Shown: positions 47,715 through 56,326 of the stretch, in pieces | How the letters are laid out: every line of letters starts with the position of its first letter | Numbering within the stretch: the stretch's first letter is position 1 | From: Pontiella sp. | GTDB lineage: Bacteria > Verrucomicrobiota > Kiritimatiellia > Kiritimatiellales > Pontiellaceae | Assembly: GCA_036479375.1 (NCBI GenBank) | Contig: JAZGFK010000140.1 | Coordinates: forward strand, 2,215 to 66,214 | DNA length: 64,000 bases | Direction of reading: 5' to 3' | The notes under the pieces: model-generated | Told to the model about the DNA's origin: nothing | Seen by the model: only the letters and a program-made list of their open reading frames with translations | The model's database searches: none | Translations under genes and position numbers: made by a program

Positions 47715-50700
47715 TTATGGCTCCAAAATGAGAGCAATCAGCTCTTTCAGCATAGGGGTGGTTTTTTCTTCATCGAGCAGGGGATGCTGCCCTCGGTATG
47801 TCAGATAATCCTTTCCTGTTGAGAGCATAACTTTCCGGTTTCGTACGATAACAGATTTAATTCCTTTGTCGGCGGCTACAATGCGGAGTTCGGCAATCAA
47901 GAGCAACCGCTGAACCTCCTTTGGCAATTTTCCAAATCGGTCTTTAATTTCGCGTTTAATCAGATTTATTTCCTGCTTAGTCGCTAGTGCCGACATGCGC
48001 TGATAAAGCCTGAGTCTCAGGTTTTCATCTTCAATATATTCGTAGGGAATAAAGGCTCCGTTTTTCCGGTCGCCCGATTTTGGGGAGAGATTCAGGAAAT
48101 CAAGTTTTACGACCACATCCATGAGCGGCGGTGGTTTCTTGCCCTGCAGGATGGCGATCGTTCGTTTTAGCAGCTGACAGTAAAGATCAAAGCCAACCGC
48201 TGAAATATGGCCGCTTTGTTTTGAGCCGAGCATATTGCCTGCTCCGCGCAATTCGAGGTCGCGCAGGGCGAGACGAAACCCGGAGCCAAGGCCGGTATAG
48301 CGTTTGATGGCATTCATGCGATCGCGCGCGGCATCAATGACTTCGCCGCCGGGAGTCAGCATCATATAGGCAAAGGCTTTATGGTTGGAACGGCCAACGC
48401 GACCGCGCAACTGATAAAGATCCGACAGACCGAACCGTTCGGCATTTTCGACAAACAGGGTATTACAGTTAGGAATATCGACTCCGCTTTCAATAATCGT
48501 AGTGCAGAGTAGGACGTCGAAACGGCCTTGCACGAACGCATGCATGATTTTGGAAAGTTCACCCTCGGCCATTTGTCCGTGCGCAACGGCAATTCGCGCT
48601 TCAGGAACCATAGCGCGCAGTTTTGTTTCGACGAGATGGATCGTTTTGACACGGTTGTGCAGATAGAAGACCTGACCCTCTCGGTGCAATTCTATTCGTA
48701 TGGCTTCGGAAATTATTTCTTCGTCATAGGGAATCACATTGGTGTCGACGGGTTGCCGTTCCTGTGGCGCAGTTTTAATGGTGCTCAAGTCGCGCACGCC
48801 GGTCATGCTCATATAAAGCGTGCGGGGAATCGGAGTGGCGGTCATCGTGATGACATCGACCTGCTTGCGAAGTTCCTTCAAATGTTCTTTGGCGGTTACG
48901 CCGAAACGCTGTTCCTCATCGATGATCACGAGGCCGAGATTCTTGAAGTTAACATCTTTCGACAAAATCCGGTGCGTTCCTATCAGGATATCGACATCAC
49001 CTTCCAAGGTATGAAAAAGGGTTTGATTCTGCTGTCCTCGGGTTCGGAATCGGCTGACCATATCGATCCTGATCGGAAAGGCGGCCATGCGTTCGGCAAA
49101 GGTGTCGTAATGCTGCTGGGCAAGAATGGTGGTTGGCACCAGTACGGCCACCTGCATGCCGTCCATTACCGCTTTGAACGCGGCGCGCATCGCGACTTCA
49201 GTTTTGCCGAATCCGACATCGCCACAAAGGAGCCGATCCATCGGGCGTAGTTTTTCCATGTCGCGTTTAAGCTCCTCGGCGGAGGTAAGTTGGTCGGGCG
49301 TTTCGGTATAGGGGAAGGCGGCTTCGAATTCGGCCTGCATGGCCGTATCTTTGGAAAAACGGAAACCGCGTTTGGCTTGTCGTTCGGCCTGGGTCTGTAG
49401 CAACGTGGCGGCCAGGTCCTGTACGGCTTCCATCGCAGTTTCTTTGTCTTTTCGCCATTTTCTACCGCTTAGGGAGTGCGGCTTGGGCGTTTGTTTTCCC
49501 ATGCCTTTATAGCGGGTTAGTAGATGCGCCTGTGTGACCGGCAGGTATACCTTTTCGCCTTTGGCATATTCGACGGAAAGCACCTCCATGCTTTTTCCGC
49601 TGAATGTGGTTTCGACAATGCCCAGATATTTTCCGACGCCGTGTTCAACGTGTACGACAAAATCGCCGGGCTGGATATCGGCTGCTTCGGAGACGCGATC
49701 CTGCTGTTTATGGAATCGCTTAGCGTGACGGGCATGAGCGCTGCGGTTGGTGTGGTAGGCGTAGAAATCGCTTTCGGTTACGATCAGGATTTTACGGATG
49801 TGGTCGATCGCGCTTTCGTGCAGAACGCCGTGGTGCAGATCCAATGATTGGAAGCTTTCGAGCTCATCGTAGAGCTCGTGGAATCGGTTGAGGGTTCCCT
49901 GAGTCTCGAAATAAAAGTGAACCGTCCAATCATTGGCCGCTTCAGCGCAGCGTTGATCAACAAATCGTCGACGTGCCACTTCGGCGTCTTTCGGATGCGT
50001 GTCGTACGAAACGGCGAATAGACCGGTGTCATAGAAACTGAATCCAGTTTCTGCATTGCCGATTGCCGATTGTTGATTGTTGATTGAATCAACGGGATTT
50101 ACAACGAGCGTGTTTTGGGGAAGCAACTCCAGTAGACTGCACGTTTCGTCGCCGGCAAATCCGAAGTCGAGCTGCGGAAGTTGAATGGTGTCAATCTTTT
50201 CGATCGAACATTGGGACTGATCATCGAAGTAGCGGATGGAATCGATTTCATTGCCAAAGAATTCAATGCGGACCGGGCGAGGGGAGCCGGGGGGCCAGCA
50301 GTCGAGAATGCCGCCGCGCAGTGCGGCCTCGCCCTGCGAGTAAACTTCAACTCCAAATTCGTAGCCGGCGTCAGCCATCCAACCGGTCAATTCTTCAAGT
50401 TTGTGGTCTTCGGCCAATCGCAGGGTCCGAACGGCCTGCTCTGAATGAGCTGCTTTGGGGACTTCCGTTTCAAGTGCCTGAGGGCAGGTGATAATAACGA
50501 AGGACTTGTCTTCGGCGAGTTGTTTGACGATTCGCAGGTGCTCGCCAAATACCGCCGGATCTTTTTCCATCGGCTGAAATAGCTGTATAGCTGACTTCCA
50601 ATCCTTCGAAGCAAGCGTTTGGATTGATTCGTAGAGTCGCTCCATTTCGCGGACATCAGCCGCAATCCATAGAATGGAGCGTTGCAGAATGTGAAAAATT

Positions 50701-50822
50701 TCCCGGGATAACAGCGCCTGTGCACTGATCGGGGTATCGGCCATCCTCGCAGTTTTTCCGGTAACGCCTATAAGCACCGCCCCGTTAACCCGGGGGGTGC
50801 TGTCATGTTCTCTGTTTTCCAT
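47715..50822 (-). CDS. mfd: Transcription-repair coupling factor (start uncertain)
   Basis: RGGILD, VVHVEHGVG, CGDVGFGKTEVA, DEEQRFG, QLRGRVGRS and RDLELRGAGN. Confidence 0.96.
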   Translation of the reverse strand: MENREHDSTPRVNGAVLIGVTGKTARMADTPISAQALLSREIFHILQRSILWIAADVREMERLYESIQTLASKDWKSAIQLFQPMEKDPAVFGEHLRIVKQLAEDKSFVIITCPQALETEVPKAAHSEQAVRTLRLAEDHKLEELTGWMADAGYEFGVEVYSQGEAALRGGILDCWPPGSPRPVRIEFFGNEIDSIRYFDDQSQCSIEKIDTIQLPQLDFGFAGDETCSLLELLPQNTLVVNPVDSINNQQSAIGNAETGFSFYDTGLFAVSYDTHPKDAEVARRRFVDQRCAEAANDWTVHFYFETQGTLNRFHELYDELESFQSLDLHHGVLHESAIDHIRKILIVTESDFYAYHTNRSAHARHAKRFHKQQDRVSEAADIQPGDFVVHVEHGVGKYLGIVETTFSGKSMEVLSVEYAKGEKVYLPVTQAHLLTRYKGMGKQTPKPHSLSGRKWRKDKETAMEAVQDLAATLLQTQAERQAKRGFRFSKDTAMQAEFEAAFPYTETPDQLTSAEELKRDMEKLRPMDRLLCGDVGFGKTEVAMRAAFKAVMDGMQVAVLVPTTILAQQHYDTFAERMAAFPIRIDMVSRFRTRGQQNQTLFHTLEGDVDILIGTHRILSKDVNFKNLGLVIIDEEQRFGVTAKEHLKELRKQVDVITMTATPIPRTLYMSMTGVRDLSTIKTAPQERQPVDTNVIPYDEEIISEAIRIELHREGQVFYLHNRVKTIHLVETKLRAMVPEARIAVAHGQMAEGELSKIMHAFVQGRFDVLLCTTIIESGVDIPNCNTLFVENAERFGLSDLYQLRGRVGRSNHKAFAYMMLTPGGEVIDAARDRMNAIKRYTGLGSGFRLALRDLELRGAGNMLGSKQSGHISAVGFDLYCQLLKRTIAILQGKKPPPLMDVVVKLDFLNLSPKSGDRKNGAFIPYEYIEDENLRLRLYQRMSALATKQEINLIKREIKDRFGKLPKEVQRLLLIAELRIVAADKGIKSVIVRNRKVMLSTGKDYLTYRGQHPLLDEEKTTPMLKELIALILEP
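50054..50088. repeat. Heptamer tandem repeat inside mfd
   Basis: CATTGCC-GATTGCC-GATTGTT-GATTGTT-GATTGAA. Confidence 0.75.
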
Positions 50823-50919
50823 CCCGCGAATCTAGGGAAACAAATCAGACATTGGAAGGATGGACTTTATATGGCCTTTCGCTATTATTGCCTGCTCTAT
50901 GAAACGGGGAAGGGCTGTT

Positions 50920-52005
50920 ATGGCTAATGAAAAAAAACTAAGTGAAATAACGTGGAAGCAGTTCAACGAACTTCCATTGACCGAAAAGGGCGACTATTTT
51001 CAAGGTACACCGCCGCATACGCTTATCGCTCAGCAATTTTCGAGGGAGAAGCTTGGGGAACTGTGTACGTTGGCAACGAGGATCAAGCGCATTAATAAAC
51101 GGCGGGAAGGTGCTAATTTTCTAAAAGGCCTGCTCTCCGATAAACGAGCCATGCTCTATTTTGCGCAACCTTCTTCCCGAACCTACCTTTCGCACAATGC
51201 GGCGTGCCAGATTCTTGGGCTGGATACGATGGATGTACGCGATAGTAAAACGTCGAGTGAGGTGAAAGGCGAAACGCCGGAAGATACCATTCGTACGTTC
51301 AGCTCCTACGTAGATATGATCATTATGCGCCACCCCGTCGGCGGTTTTGCCGAGCGCGTTGCCTGGATGCTTTCACATACGAATCGGGAAATCCCCGTGT
51401 TGAATGCCGGATCCGGTGCGGATCAACATCCCACGCAGGCGTTGCTGGATATTTATACCTTGGAACGCAGCTTTGAAGACATTGGCGGAATTGACGGTAA
51501 ACATGTTGCCTTTGTCGGCGACTTGCTGCGAGGACGCACTGTGCGATCGTTAGCTTGGCTACTAACGCTCTATGAAGACATGACACTTTACTTTGTTGCA
51601 CCTGAACCGTTACAGATTGGGCAAGACATACTTGATTTGCTGGATTCAGCCGGAACCAAATATGTCATCACGCAGGACTTTGCATCTGTGATGCCGAATG
51701 CTGATGCCATTTATATGACGCGCATACAGGATGAGTGGGACGCCGAAGGAGAGAGCAGTACGATCGATACAACCGATTTCAGTATTGGTGCAGCGCACAT
51801 GGATATTATTAAAGATACGGCGGTAATTCTTCATCCACTGCCCCGCCGCAAAGAGATCAGCACCGAAATAGATAACGATCCGCGTGCTGTCTACTGGCGC
51901 CAGATGCGCAATGGAATGTGGATTCGTGCTGCGCTGATTCTGACGACATTCGGTCGGCAGGATGAAGTAAACCAATATTACGACAACTACAAACCCGGAA
52001 CGTAA
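50920..52005 (+). CDS. pyrB: Aspartate carbamoyltransferase catalytic subunit
   Basis: QPSSRT, KGET..DT, NAGSG..QHPTQALLD, GDL..GRTVRSL, YMTRIQ and HPLPR. Confidence 0.9.
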   Translation: MANEKKLSEITWKQFNELPLTEKGDYFQGTPPHTLIAQQFSREKLGELCTLATRIKRINKRREGANFLKGLLSDKRAMLYFAQPSSRTYLSHNAACQILGLDTMDVRDSKTSSEVKGETPEDTIRTFSSYVDMIIMRHPVGGFAERVAWMLSHTNREIPVLNAGSGADQHPTQALLDIYTLERSFEDIGGIDGKHVAFVGDLLRGRTVRSLAWLLTLYEDMTLYFVAPEPLQIGQDILDLLDSAGTKYVITQDFASVMPNADAIYMTRIQDEWDAEGESSTIDTTDFSIGAAHMDIIKDTAVILHPLPRRKEISTEIDNDPRAVYWRQMRNGMWIRAALILTTFGRQDEVNQYYDNYKPGT

Positions 52006-52031
52006 TACATGACGATTGAGGCGTGATTTCT

Positions 52032-52073
52032 TCACGACTCACGCATCACGTATCCCGATTCACGTCTCACGAG
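52032..52073 (+). repeat. Heptamer tandem repeat TCACGNN x6 in the pyrB-argF spacer
   Basis: TCACGAC-TCACGCA-TCACGTA-TCCCGAT-TCACGTC-TCACGAG. Confidence 0.8.
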
Positions 52074-52081
52074 GTAACAAC

Positions 52082-53011
52082 ATGGAACATTTAATTTCGT
52101 TGAAGGAATGGAGCCCTGAAAAAATACGGGCTGTACTAGATTTAGCAAAAGACGTTAAGAACAACCCGGATACCTATCGGGATGCCATGGCGCGCAAAAC
52201 CTTGCTGATGATTTTTGAAAAACCCAGTCTGCGGACCCGTTTGTCTTTCGAAGCCGGTATGACGCAGATGGGCGGCCACGCAATCTATTACCATACGGGA
52301 AACTCGCCGATGGGTAGCGGAAAGGAAAGCATCAGCGATTCCATTAAAACAGCGTCTCGGTTTGTTGATATTATTATGGCGAGGCTCTTCAAGCACGACG
52401 ATCTGCTGGAAATGGCAGAATATGCAACTGTGCCTGTAATCAATGCGCTGACGGATGACAGCCATCCATGTCAAATTCTTGCGGATCTGCAGGCCATAGA
52501 AGAAAAGAAAGGTTCATTGGCCGGATTGAAACTGGCTTATTTGGGTGATGGCTTTAACAACGTGACTCATTCGCTGATGTTCGGCGGAACAAAAATGGGT
52601 ATGCATGTACGTGTTGGTTCTCCTGCTGGCAAAGAATTTTCTCCGCGGGCCGATGTCGTGGCCGATTGCGAAACCTATGCGGCTGAATCGGGCGGTTCTG
52701 TTTTTGTGACGGCCGATCCGGTGGAAGCCATCAAGGATGCCGATGTGGTCTATACCGACTCGTGGATGAGCTACCATATTCCGAAAGATCAGGAAGAGGC
52801 CAGAATTGCGAAGTTCATGCCGTATCAGGTTAATAGCGAGTTGATGGAACACGCAAAGCCGGCTGCAATTTTCATGAACTGTCTTCCCGCAAATCGGGGT
52901 TGCGAACAAACGGCAGAGGTTATCGATGGCCCGCAGTCGATCGTATTCGACGAAGCCGAAAATCGTCTTCATGCCCAAAAGGCTGTTATTCTGACGCTTT
53001 GCGGTGGCTAA
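52082..53011 (+). CDS. argF: Ornithine carbamoyltransferase
   Basis: FEKPSLRTR, HPCQILAD, GDGFNN, YTDSW, NCLPA and EAENRLH. Confidence 0.92.
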   Translation: MEHLISLKEWSPEKIRAVLDLAKDVKNNPDTYRDAMARKTLLMIFEKPSLRTRLSFEAGMTQMGGHAIYYHTGNSPMGSGKESISDSIKTASRFVDIIMARLFKHDDLLEMAEYATVPVINALTDDSHPCQILADLQAIEEKKGSLAGLKLAYLGDGFNNVTHSLMFGGTKMGMHVRVGSPAGKEFSPRADVVADCETYAAESGGSVFVTADPVEAIKDADVVYTDSWMSYHIPKDQEEARIAKFMPYQVNSELMEHAKPAAIFMNCLPANRGCEQTAEVIDGPQSIVFDEAENRLHAQKAVILTLCGG

Positions 53012-53030
53012 CTTGTCGGTGGAGGTTCAC

Positions 53031-53267
53031 ATGAAAGCTTTAGCTGTTGGAGATTTTAAACGCCATTTTCCCGAAGTGCTGGAAGAGGTCAAACACGGCG
53101 AGGAATTTGTGGTTTTCTACGGGCGCAAGAAGAAAAAAGTTGCCGTGTTGATTCCTTACGAGAAATATATTCGGCAACCTGTTGTTCTTGGTGTAGTGGA
53201 AGGGAAGGCAACGTATCGAATCAAGGATGATTTTGAGATGACCGACGAGGAGTTTCTCGGTTCATGA
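53031..53267 (+). CDS. Phd/YefM-family antitoxin
   Basis: VGDFKRHFPEVLEEVKHGEEFVV..GRKKKKVAVLIPY; overlaps the PIN gene start. Confidence 0.85.
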   Translation: MKALAVGDFKRHFPEVLEEVKHGEEFVVFYGRKKKKVAVLIPYEKYIRQPVVLGVVEGKATYRIKDDFEMTDEEFLGS

Positions 53268-53680
53268 AACTTCTGCTAGATACCCATGCGTTCTTATGGG
53301 CGCTGATGGAGACTGAGAAAATTAACCGTGATGTGGTTCATGCAATAATGGATTCAGATAATGAGGTGTTTATCAGTTCAATCACGCTTTTAGAAATCGG
53401 GCTGAAGCACGGACTGGGAAAACTGGAACTTAACGGAATAACACCTTCGGAACTTCCAGAAATTGCATCGAGGAAGATGGGATTTCACCTTGTGGATTTA
53501 GATTCGGAAACCGCTGCAACGATTGGAGATCTTCCCAAGATTCATAACGATCCTTTTGATTGTATGTTGATTCATCAAGCTATTCGAAATGAATTCGTCA
53601 TGGTTTCAGCGAATAAGCAGTTTCCTTCTTACCAATTCCTGCGGGTTGAAACTTCTCTGGTGAACAAATGCGCATCCTGA
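53264..53680 (+). CDS. VapC/PIN-domain toxin, apparently degenerate (C-terminal frameshift)
   Basis: LLLDTHAFLW, SSITLLEI and HNDPFD; the typical GLKLLW* ending is in another frame (stop 53663). Confidence 0.85.
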   Translation: MKLLLDTHAFLWALMETEKINRDVVHAIMDSDNEVFISSITLLEIGLKHGLGKLELNGITPSELPEIASRKMGFHLVDLDSETAATIGDLPKIHNDPFDCMLIHQAIRNEFVMVSANKQFPSYQFLRVETSLVNKCAS

Positions 53681-54639
53681 TCGTTAAAACCAGTTCGCTA
53701 GGGGACTTGTTCCATGCGCTACCGGCGGTGCGCCTGCTGAAGCAGGCGTATGACGCGGAGATCGATTGGGTGGTCAATACGGAGTATGCCGGACTCGTTG
53801 AATGTTTTTCCGATGTTCGGAAGATTATTCCCTTTCCTCGAAAAGGGTTATTTTCAAACCTTGGCCAGTTTCGGGCGGCATTGCGTGAAGAAACCTACGA
53901 CTTGATCGTAGACCTGCAAGGCTTGATGAAAAGCGCCATGATTTGCCGAATGGCCAAACGGTCAAAAGGCGCGAAAATTCTGGGTCCGTCATTCCAGCGG
54001 GAAGGCGCGCGTTTTCTCTATTCAGCTGTGGTTGGACGAAAAGACAAGAACCGTCATGCGGTTGAAGAAAATATGGATGTTCTCCAGTGGTTGAAGAAAT
54101 CGACCAATCCAATCGACTTTCCTGTTGAATTTCCCGCCGTGGATTTTCCGTGTCTGAAACAACATCCTGTGGTGGTTTTTGCCCCGTGCTCCCGCCATGC
54201 TGCTAAAAACTGGCCGGCCAAACGGTTTGTTGAATTGGGCGAACAGTTGAGTGCACAAATCATACTCGTCGGTGCACCGGATGATCTTGAGATGTGTACC
54301 TATATTGAAAATGCTTTGCCGGAAGGTGCGGCGACCAACCTTTGCGGTAAAACAACATTACTGGAATTGGGCGGCGTTTTACAACGGGCCGATCTGGTGG
54401 TGACCGTCGATTCGGGGCCGATGCATATGGCTTCGGCCACGGGAACACCGTGTCTGGCAATTTTTGGGCCGACTAATCCGCTCCGGGTGGGTCCCTATGG
54501 AGAACAACACCGCGTATTGCGGAATTCAGATGTCAGGAACTATTCCAAAGAGGATTTGGAAAGTATTTGCAAAGTAGAAGTGATTGATGTGGTTAACGCT
54601 GCAAAGGACATGCTGGGTTATGAAACTTTGGGATTATGA
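53668..54639 (+). CDS. Glycosyltransferase family 9 (LPS heptosyltransferase-like)
   Basis: RILIVKTSSLGD, DLQGLMKS, KNWP, DSGPMH and IFGPT. Confidence 0.93.
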   Translation: MRILIVKTSSLGDLFHALPAVRLLKQAYDAEIDWVVNTEYAGLVECFSDVRKIIPFPRKGLFSNLGQFRAALREETYDLIVDLQGLMKSAMICRMAKRSKGAKILGPSFQREGARFLYSAVVGRKDKNRHAVEENMDVLQWLKKSTNPIDFPVEFPAVDFPCLKQHPVVVFAPCSRHAAKNWPAKRFVELGEQLSAQIILVGAPDDLEMCTYIENALPEGAATNLCGKTTLLELGGVLQRADLVVTVDSGPMHMASATGTPCLAIFGPTNPLRVGPYGEQHRVLRNSDVRNYSKEDLESICKVEVIDVVNAAKDMLGYETLGL

Positions 54640-55261
54640 CGCCTTTATTCTTGATCTGGATGGAACCCTGATTGATTCAGGAAAATACCATTCCCGTGCT
54701 TTTTCGGATGCGGTGCTCGCACTCAGCGGATATCGGCTTAAGCCGGATGAGCATCTTGAATTTTTTGGCAAGCACAGCACCTGGTTCACTGGAATTTTGA
54801 ATGACCGCTACGACCTTTCGTTGGATCCGGAACAGGTACTTGCCTACAAGCGTAATCGTGTTCATGAAATATTTGTGGCAGAACCGTTTTCCGGTGCCCG
54901 GGAATTTCTGGCGAAGTGGAAAGGAAAAATGCCTATGGCGCTCGCCTCCAATTCTCCGCTCAGTTTTGTGGAGCCGGCATTGCGCGAATCGCGGCTTTGG
55001 GATTATTTTGAATGCATCACCACTTCAGACGATGTAGAAAATAAAAAACCGCACCCGGAGATTATTCTCATTACGGCTGAACAGCTGAACGTGAACCCGG
55101 CGAAGACGCTGGTTTTTGAGGATCAACTGGTTGGCATCAAAGCCGCTCAGTCCGCGGGTGCCCATGTGGTGGCGGTGGACAACAACCAACCGGTAAATTA
55201 TCCGGTCGATATCGCCGTTCGTACGTGGGGCGACCTTATGAAATTTTCGGAGATTGAATAG
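54620..55261 (+). CDS. HAD family phosphatase (beta-PGM/YqaB-like)
   Basis: LDLDGTLIDS, ASNS, KKPHPE and VFED. Confidence 0.88.
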   Translation: MKLWDYDAFILDLDGTLIDSGKYHSRAFSDAVLALSGYRLKPDEHLEFFGKHSTWFTGILNDRYDLSLDPEQVLAYKRNRVHEIFVAEPFSGAREFLAKWKGKMPMALASNSPLSFVEPALRESRLWDYFECITTSDDVENKKPHPEIILITAEQLNVNPAKTLVFEDQLVGIKAAQSAGAHVVAVDNNQPVNYPVDIAVRTWGDLMKFSEIE

Positions 55262-55896
55262 TGAACCCCCAATTGATTGTTTTTGATCTTGATGGAACCC
55301 TGATTGATTCGCGCGCGGATCTCACCGCGGGCATCAACCACATGCGACTGCATTATGGACTCGACCCGCTGTCCATAGAAACCGTGAGCGGCTATATTGG
55401 AAATGGGGTGCGTCTGCTGGTTGAACGATCGCTGCAGGGAGCGGAGGTGGATGTAGACGAGGCGCTCCAGATAAACAAGAAGTACTATTTTTCACATGCC
55501 ACGGTTCATACACGTGTTTACGAGGGGGTAGAGCAGGGGATTCCTGCCTTGGCCAAAGCGGGCCATAAACTGGCTCTGCTAACCAATAAACCGGGCGATC
55601 CCAGCCGGGATATTCTTCAGCACTTTGGTTTGACGGAGCATTTTTTCGCCATCATCGGCGGAGGTGATATTGAACACCTTAAGCCGGAGCCGGATGGGAT
55701 TTTAAAATGTTTGGAGCTTTCCGGCGTAAATGCGGCCAATGCCTGGATGGTAGGCGACCACTATACGGATTTGGCGGTAGCAGTAAACGGGGGCATCAAG
55801 AGTGCTTTTGTGCGGTATGGTTTCGGAGAGGAGCGGGGGTATAAACCTGATGCATATTTTGCTTCGTTTTCGGAATTGGTCGGGTACTTTGTCTGA
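55261..55896 (+). CDS. Phosphoglycolate phosphatase-like HAD hydrolase
   Basis: FDLDGTLIDS, TNKP, KPEP and MVGD...D. Confidence 0.88.
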   Translation: MNPQLIVFDLDGTLIDSRADLTAGINHMRLHYGLDPLSIETVSGYIGNGVRLLVERSLQGAEVDVDEALQINKKYYFSHATVHTRVYEGVEQGIPALAKAGHKLALLTNKPGDPSRDILQHFGLTEHFFAIIGGGDIEHLKPEPDGILKCLELSGVNAANAWMVGDHYTDLAVAVNGGIKSAFVRYGFGEERGYKPDAYFASFSELVGYFV

Positions 55897-56202
55897 GCTA
55901 TGAAATCATATCACACAAACAAAATCGCATGTTAATTTGTAACTACCTTATGTATGGCTAGATACGAATTTTATTGGATTTGGTGCAGAAGACGTAAAAT
56001 GCCGATAAATGGCCTGAAATACCACCTTTTTGACCCTTTTCTGTCCTCTGAAAACCGAAGAAATAATATCAATTAAAACCGTCCAAATTTATGGAATCAG
56101 GTCAAAGCTATCATCCATGACGAGCTATCCTTGATAGTCACGATAATTATCTTCGACTCTATCCTTAGCAAACATAATTACTAGTACATATTACTATTCT
56201 TT

Positions 56203-56268
56203 TGTGGTGATTATCACCACACAAAAACTTTCATATGATTTGAATTGATGTCATCGAAAGTCGATGAC
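56203..56268. promoter_or_regulatory. Two 19-bp palindromes upstream of the RHS locus (candidate operators)
   Basis: TGTGGTGAT-T-ATCACCACA (56203-56221) and GTCATCGA-AAG-TCGATGAC (56250-56268). Confidence 0.5.
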
Positions 56269-56326
56269 TATCCTTCAACCTGTATAACGGATTGCTATTC
56301 AGGTAGTCCAAACAGTTGGGGGATGT

